Assembly (NCBI GenBank): GCA_913046035.1
Contig: CAJWSW010000007.1
Location: 5,116 to 69,115, forward strand
Reading direction: 5' to 3'
Length of the DNA: 64,000 nt
From: an uncultured Alphaproteobacteria bacterium
GTDB lineage: Bacteria > Pseudomonadota > Alphaproteobacteria > MPNO01 > UBA830
In this document: piece by piece, positions 61,361 to 64,000 of the stretch
Layout of the letters: each line of letters opens with the position of its first letter
Position numbering within the stretch: position 1 is the stretch's first letter
Program-made: the position numbers and the translations under genes
Notes under the pieces: generated by a model
What the model was told of the DNA's origin: nothing
Database searches by the model: none
What the model saw: the letters and a program-made list of their open reading frames with translations, nothing else

Positions 61361-62479
61361 TTAGAGCCAACGCCCCCACTCCGCGCGAACCTCTGGGTCA
61401 TCCTCCAAAGTCATGTAACGGTCGCGCAGCGCGGTTAAATGTGAGGCGGTTGAAAGGCACGTCAGCGCCCAAACAGCCATTGCCCGGACTAGCGGAGAGC
61501 GATCCATAATAAAGGATTCGAGTTCTTCCACGAAGATAGGCGAAGCGCTGTTCCCCACAGCGATCAGTACATTCCGTATAAAGCGATCCCGTCCGAGACG
61601 CTTAATCGGGGAACCGGAGAAAACGCGTCGAAAGGCTTCATCATCCAAATGCATTAAATCCTGCAACGCGGGCCGCATTAAATGGATATGAGGGGTTAAT
61701 TCTCGATGAGGTGTCACTTTCGCGAACTTGTTCCAAGGACAAACCGCCAGACAATCATCGCAACCGTATATCCTGTTACCTATAGCGCGGCGGAACTCAC
61801 GTGGAATGTGTCCCTTATGTTCTATCGTCAAATACGAGATACAGCGCGTTGCGTCGAGCTGGTAGGGCTGAGGAAACGCGTGGGTTGGACAGATATCAAT
61901 GCACCTGCGACACTCACCGCATTTATCCTCGCCCGGGCTGTCCACAGGCAATTCTAAGTTCGTAAATATCTCCCCCAAAAACAGCCAGGAACCAAAGTCT
62001 CGGGATACTAGATTAGTATGCTTTCCCTGCCACCCCAGACCCGCCATCTGTGCGACGGGTTTTTCCATGACCGGAGCAGTATCAACAAATAATTTCACTT
62101 CGCAGTTCCAATTGTTTGCGATCTCACCAGCAAGCTGACGAAGTTTTTTTTTCAAAACCTGGTGATAGTCACGCCCCCTTGCATACACCGAAACCGCACC
62201 CCGGTCTGGGAGTTCCAGCAATGCTAAAGGGTCTTCTGCCGGACCATAATTCATTCCCACCGCGACCACACTCTGAACATCCGCCCACAAATCACGAGGT
62301 GAACGACGTCGGTCTCGTGTCGCTTTCAACCAGCCCATGTCGCCATGGAAGCCGTTTTCAAGAAAGGAATTGAGATGCTGGCCTACATCTCCATTTTCAG
62401 GCCCAGCAAAACCGATAATGTCGAAACCCATTTCGAGTGCTCGATCTCGGATGGCGAGTTTTGGATTGCCTGCCTTCAT
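61361..62479 (-). CDS. queG: Epoxyqueuosine reductase
   Basis: N-terminal cobalamin-binding region and tandem 4Fe-4S motifs (CGECRRCIDICP, CDDCLAVCP). Confidence 0.8.
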   Translation of the reverse strand: MKAGNPKLAIRDRALEMGFDIIGFAGPENGDVGQHLNSFLENGFHGDMGWLKATRDRRRSPRDLWADVQSVVAVGMNYGPAEDPLALLELPDRGAVSVYARGRDYHQVLKKKLRQLAGEIANNWNCEVKLFVDTAPVMEKPVAQMAGLGWQGKHTNLVSRDFGSWLFLGEIFTNLELPVDSPGEDKCGECRRCIDICPTHAFPQPYQLDATRCISYLTIEHKGHIPREFRRAIGNRIYGCDDCLAVCPWNKFAKVTPHRELTPHIHLMRPALQDLMHLDDEAFRRVFSGSPIKRLGRDRFIRNVLIAVGNSASPIFVEELESFIMDRSPLVRAMAVWALTCLSTASHLTALRDRYMTLEDDPEVRAEWGRWL

Positions 62480-62480
62480 A

Positions 62481-63608
62481 CTAAATCTGCTCAATATCGC
62501 CACTTGCCTGTTCTTCGTGGAACACAGCAGCAAACTCATCAAGCGAACCCATCTCAATCGCACCGCGGATACTCGCCATCAAATCCTGATAATAGTGGAG
62601 GTTGTGCATAGTTAATAGAATGGGCCCCAACATCTCCTTTGCTTTGAAAAGATGATGCAGATATGCGCGACTGACTTGACCAACCCCAGGATAATCACTG
62701 TCGGCATCAAGAGGCCGGGGATCTTCGGCGTGCCGGGCATTTCGGATGTTCAGGGTGCCGCGACGAGTAAAGGCTTGACCGGTGCGGCCCGACCGCGTCG
62801 GCAGCACACAGTCAAACATATCAATCCCTCGCCTAACTGCGCCAACGATATCCGACGGAGTTCCGACACCCATCAAATACCTAGGGCGGTTCTCAGGCAG
62901 CGCTGGAGCAGTAACGTCCAAAACGGAAAACATCGCTTCTTGTCCCTCACCAACCGCAAGCCCTCCTACTGCATAACCGTCAAAACCTATTTCTTTTAAC
63001 GCCGCAGCACTCTCAATCCGAAGATCGGGATACACACTTCCCTGGACAATGCCGAATAGGCCGTATCCCGTCCGCACCTCAAATGCGTCCCGGCACCTCA
63101 GTGCCCAGCGCATAGATAAACGCATCGAATTCGCGGCAGACCTCGCATCGACGCCATTGGCTGTGCATTCATCAAGTGCCATCGTAATAGTAGAACCAAG
63201 ATAGTTTTGAATTTCGATCGATCGTTCCGGTGTCAGCCAGAATTTTGCGCCGTCAATGTGCGAACGGAATTCGACACCTTCGTCACTGAGTTTGCGCAAA
63301 TCGGTCAAAGACATTACCTGAAATCCACCGGAATCAGTCAGAATCGGTTTGCGCCAGTCCATAAACTCATGCAAACCGCCCAGCCTATTAACCCTCTCGG
63401 CACCGGGCCGCAGCATCAAGTGATACGTATTAGCGAGAATAATATCGGCGCCAGTCGCGGAAATAGCATCCGACGTCATCCCCTTTACCGTTGCCGCGGT
63501 ACCCACAGGCATAAAAACCGGTGTTTCTACCTTGCCGTGCGCCGTCGTGAGCGAGCCGCGGCGAGCACGGCCATCGGTATGAGTTAGCGCGTATTCGAAC
63601 TTAGGCAT
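62481..63608 (-). CDS. tgt: Queuine tRNA-ribosyltransferase (zinc-site Cys triad absent)
   Basis: DSGGFQ, GGLAVGE and MFDCVLPTR catalytic blocks. The canonical CxCxxC is replaced by SDYPGV; the following SRAYLHHL His is retained. Confidence 0.85.
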   Translation of the reverse strand: MPKFEYALTHTDGRARRGSLTTAHGKVETPVFMPVGTAATVKGMTSDAISATGADIILANTYHLMLRPGAERVNRLGGLHEFMDWRKPILTDSGGFQVMSLTDLRKLSDEGVEFRSHIDGAKFWLTPERSIEIQNYLGSTITMALDECTANGVDARSAANSMRLSMRWALRCRDAFEVRTGYGLFGIVQGSVYPDLRIESAAALKEIGFDGYAVGGLAVGEGQEAMFSVLDVTAPALPENRPRYLMGVGTPSDIVGAVRRGIDMFDCVLPTRSGRTGQAFTRRGTLNIRNARHAEDPRPLDADSDYPGVGQVSRAYLHHLFKAKEMLGPILLTMHNLHYYQDLMASIRGAIEMGSLDEFAAVFHEEQASGDIEQI

Positions 63609-64000
63609 TGTCCTCTGATCGGTGCAAAAAACTGGAATCACCATAAGAATAGAACCTGTAACCTGCATCGATAGCGTGGGCGTATGCACGCTTCATACGG
63701 GCGGTTCCGGCAAAGGCCGAGACCAACATGAAGAGCGTGGAACGCGGCAAATGAAAGTTCGTTATCAGGGCATCAACAGCACGGAAGCCGTAACCAGGCG
63801 TAATAAAAATGTCGGTTTCTGCTTTAAAGGGACGGATTTCGCCATCTTTCGATGCAGCGCTCTCCAAAAGACGCAGTGAAGTGGTTCCAACTGCAACGGC
63901 GCGGCCACCCGCACTGCGAGCGGCGTTAATCATCTCCGCTGTCGACGCGTCAATGCGCCCCCATTCGCTGTGCATCTTGTGTTCTGAAACTCGATTAACT
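63601..64000 (-). CDS. queA: S-adenosylmethionine:tRNA ribosyltransferase-isomerase, C-terminal part (gene start lies beyond the window end)
   Basis: C-terminal QueA blocks (...[17 protein letters not shown]..., YRFYSYGD). 8 nt overlap with tgt. Confidence 0.8.
   Translation of the reverse strand, partial: VNRVSEHKMHSEWGRIDASTAEMINAARSAGGRAVAVGTTSLRLLESAASKDGEIRPFKAETDIFITPGYGFRAVDALITNFHLPRSTLFMLVSAFAGTARMKRAYAHAIDAGYRFYSYGDSSFLHRSEDNA

Noticed and set aside
1-64000. Searched intergenic regions (10550-10883, 21018-21262, 30110-30411, 32933-33360, 35035-35359, 59852-60134) for tRNA/ncRNA, CRISPR repeats, IS ends or att-like direct repeats
   Set aside because: No cloverleaf-compatible sequence, no regularly spaced repeats, no transposase/integrase ORFs found. 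The only structured elements are short inverted repeats, already noted.

Overview
This 64 kb window reads as one contiguous, gene-dense bacterial chromosomal stretch of about 50% GC. I found no rRNA, tRNA, CRISPR array, transposase, integrase or phage genes. Operon organisation is compact, with many 1-4 nt start/stop overlaps and at least two TTG starts. A marine or soil alphaproteobacterium is a guess only.

The two ends look like housekeeping genes. On the left are partial ispA, xseB and an AcuC/HDAC-like gene. On the right are dusA, queG, tgt and partial queA.

The roughly 60 kb in between is an oxidative/catabolic accessory block containing:
- a cytoplasm-facing three-subunit molybdoenzyme that matches the SoeABC sulfite dehydrogenase architecture, next to a TRAP transporter and an MBL-fold hydrolase;
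- four TauD/TfdA-family and two PhyH-family Fe(II)/2-oxoglutarate dioxygenases, five of them in one tandem run;
- four luciferase-like (LLM) flavin monooxygenases, one of them NtaA/DszA type;
- an HpaB-like hydroxylase, a GMC oxidoreductase, two UbiD-family (de)carboxylases, an acyl-CoA ligase, two alpha/beta hydrolases and an SsuA/NMT1-like protein;
- five EamA/DMT transporters, four of them tandem;
- a marR-emrA-emrB efflux operon with a perfect 22 bp palindromic operator;
- an amidase translationally coupled to a 67 aa AtzG-like peptide and to arfB;
- a xanthine-dehydrogenase-family cluster with the unusual order L-M-S-L2 (two paralogous catalytic subunits), plus a third orphan large subunit at the far left.

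The combined sulfite-releasing oxygenase families and a SoeABC-like sulfite dehydrogenase suggest an organosulfonate / sulfate-ester and aromatic catabolic island. That is inference from family membership, not proven. One further anomaly: the tgt homolog has lost the canonical CxCxxC zinc-binding triad.
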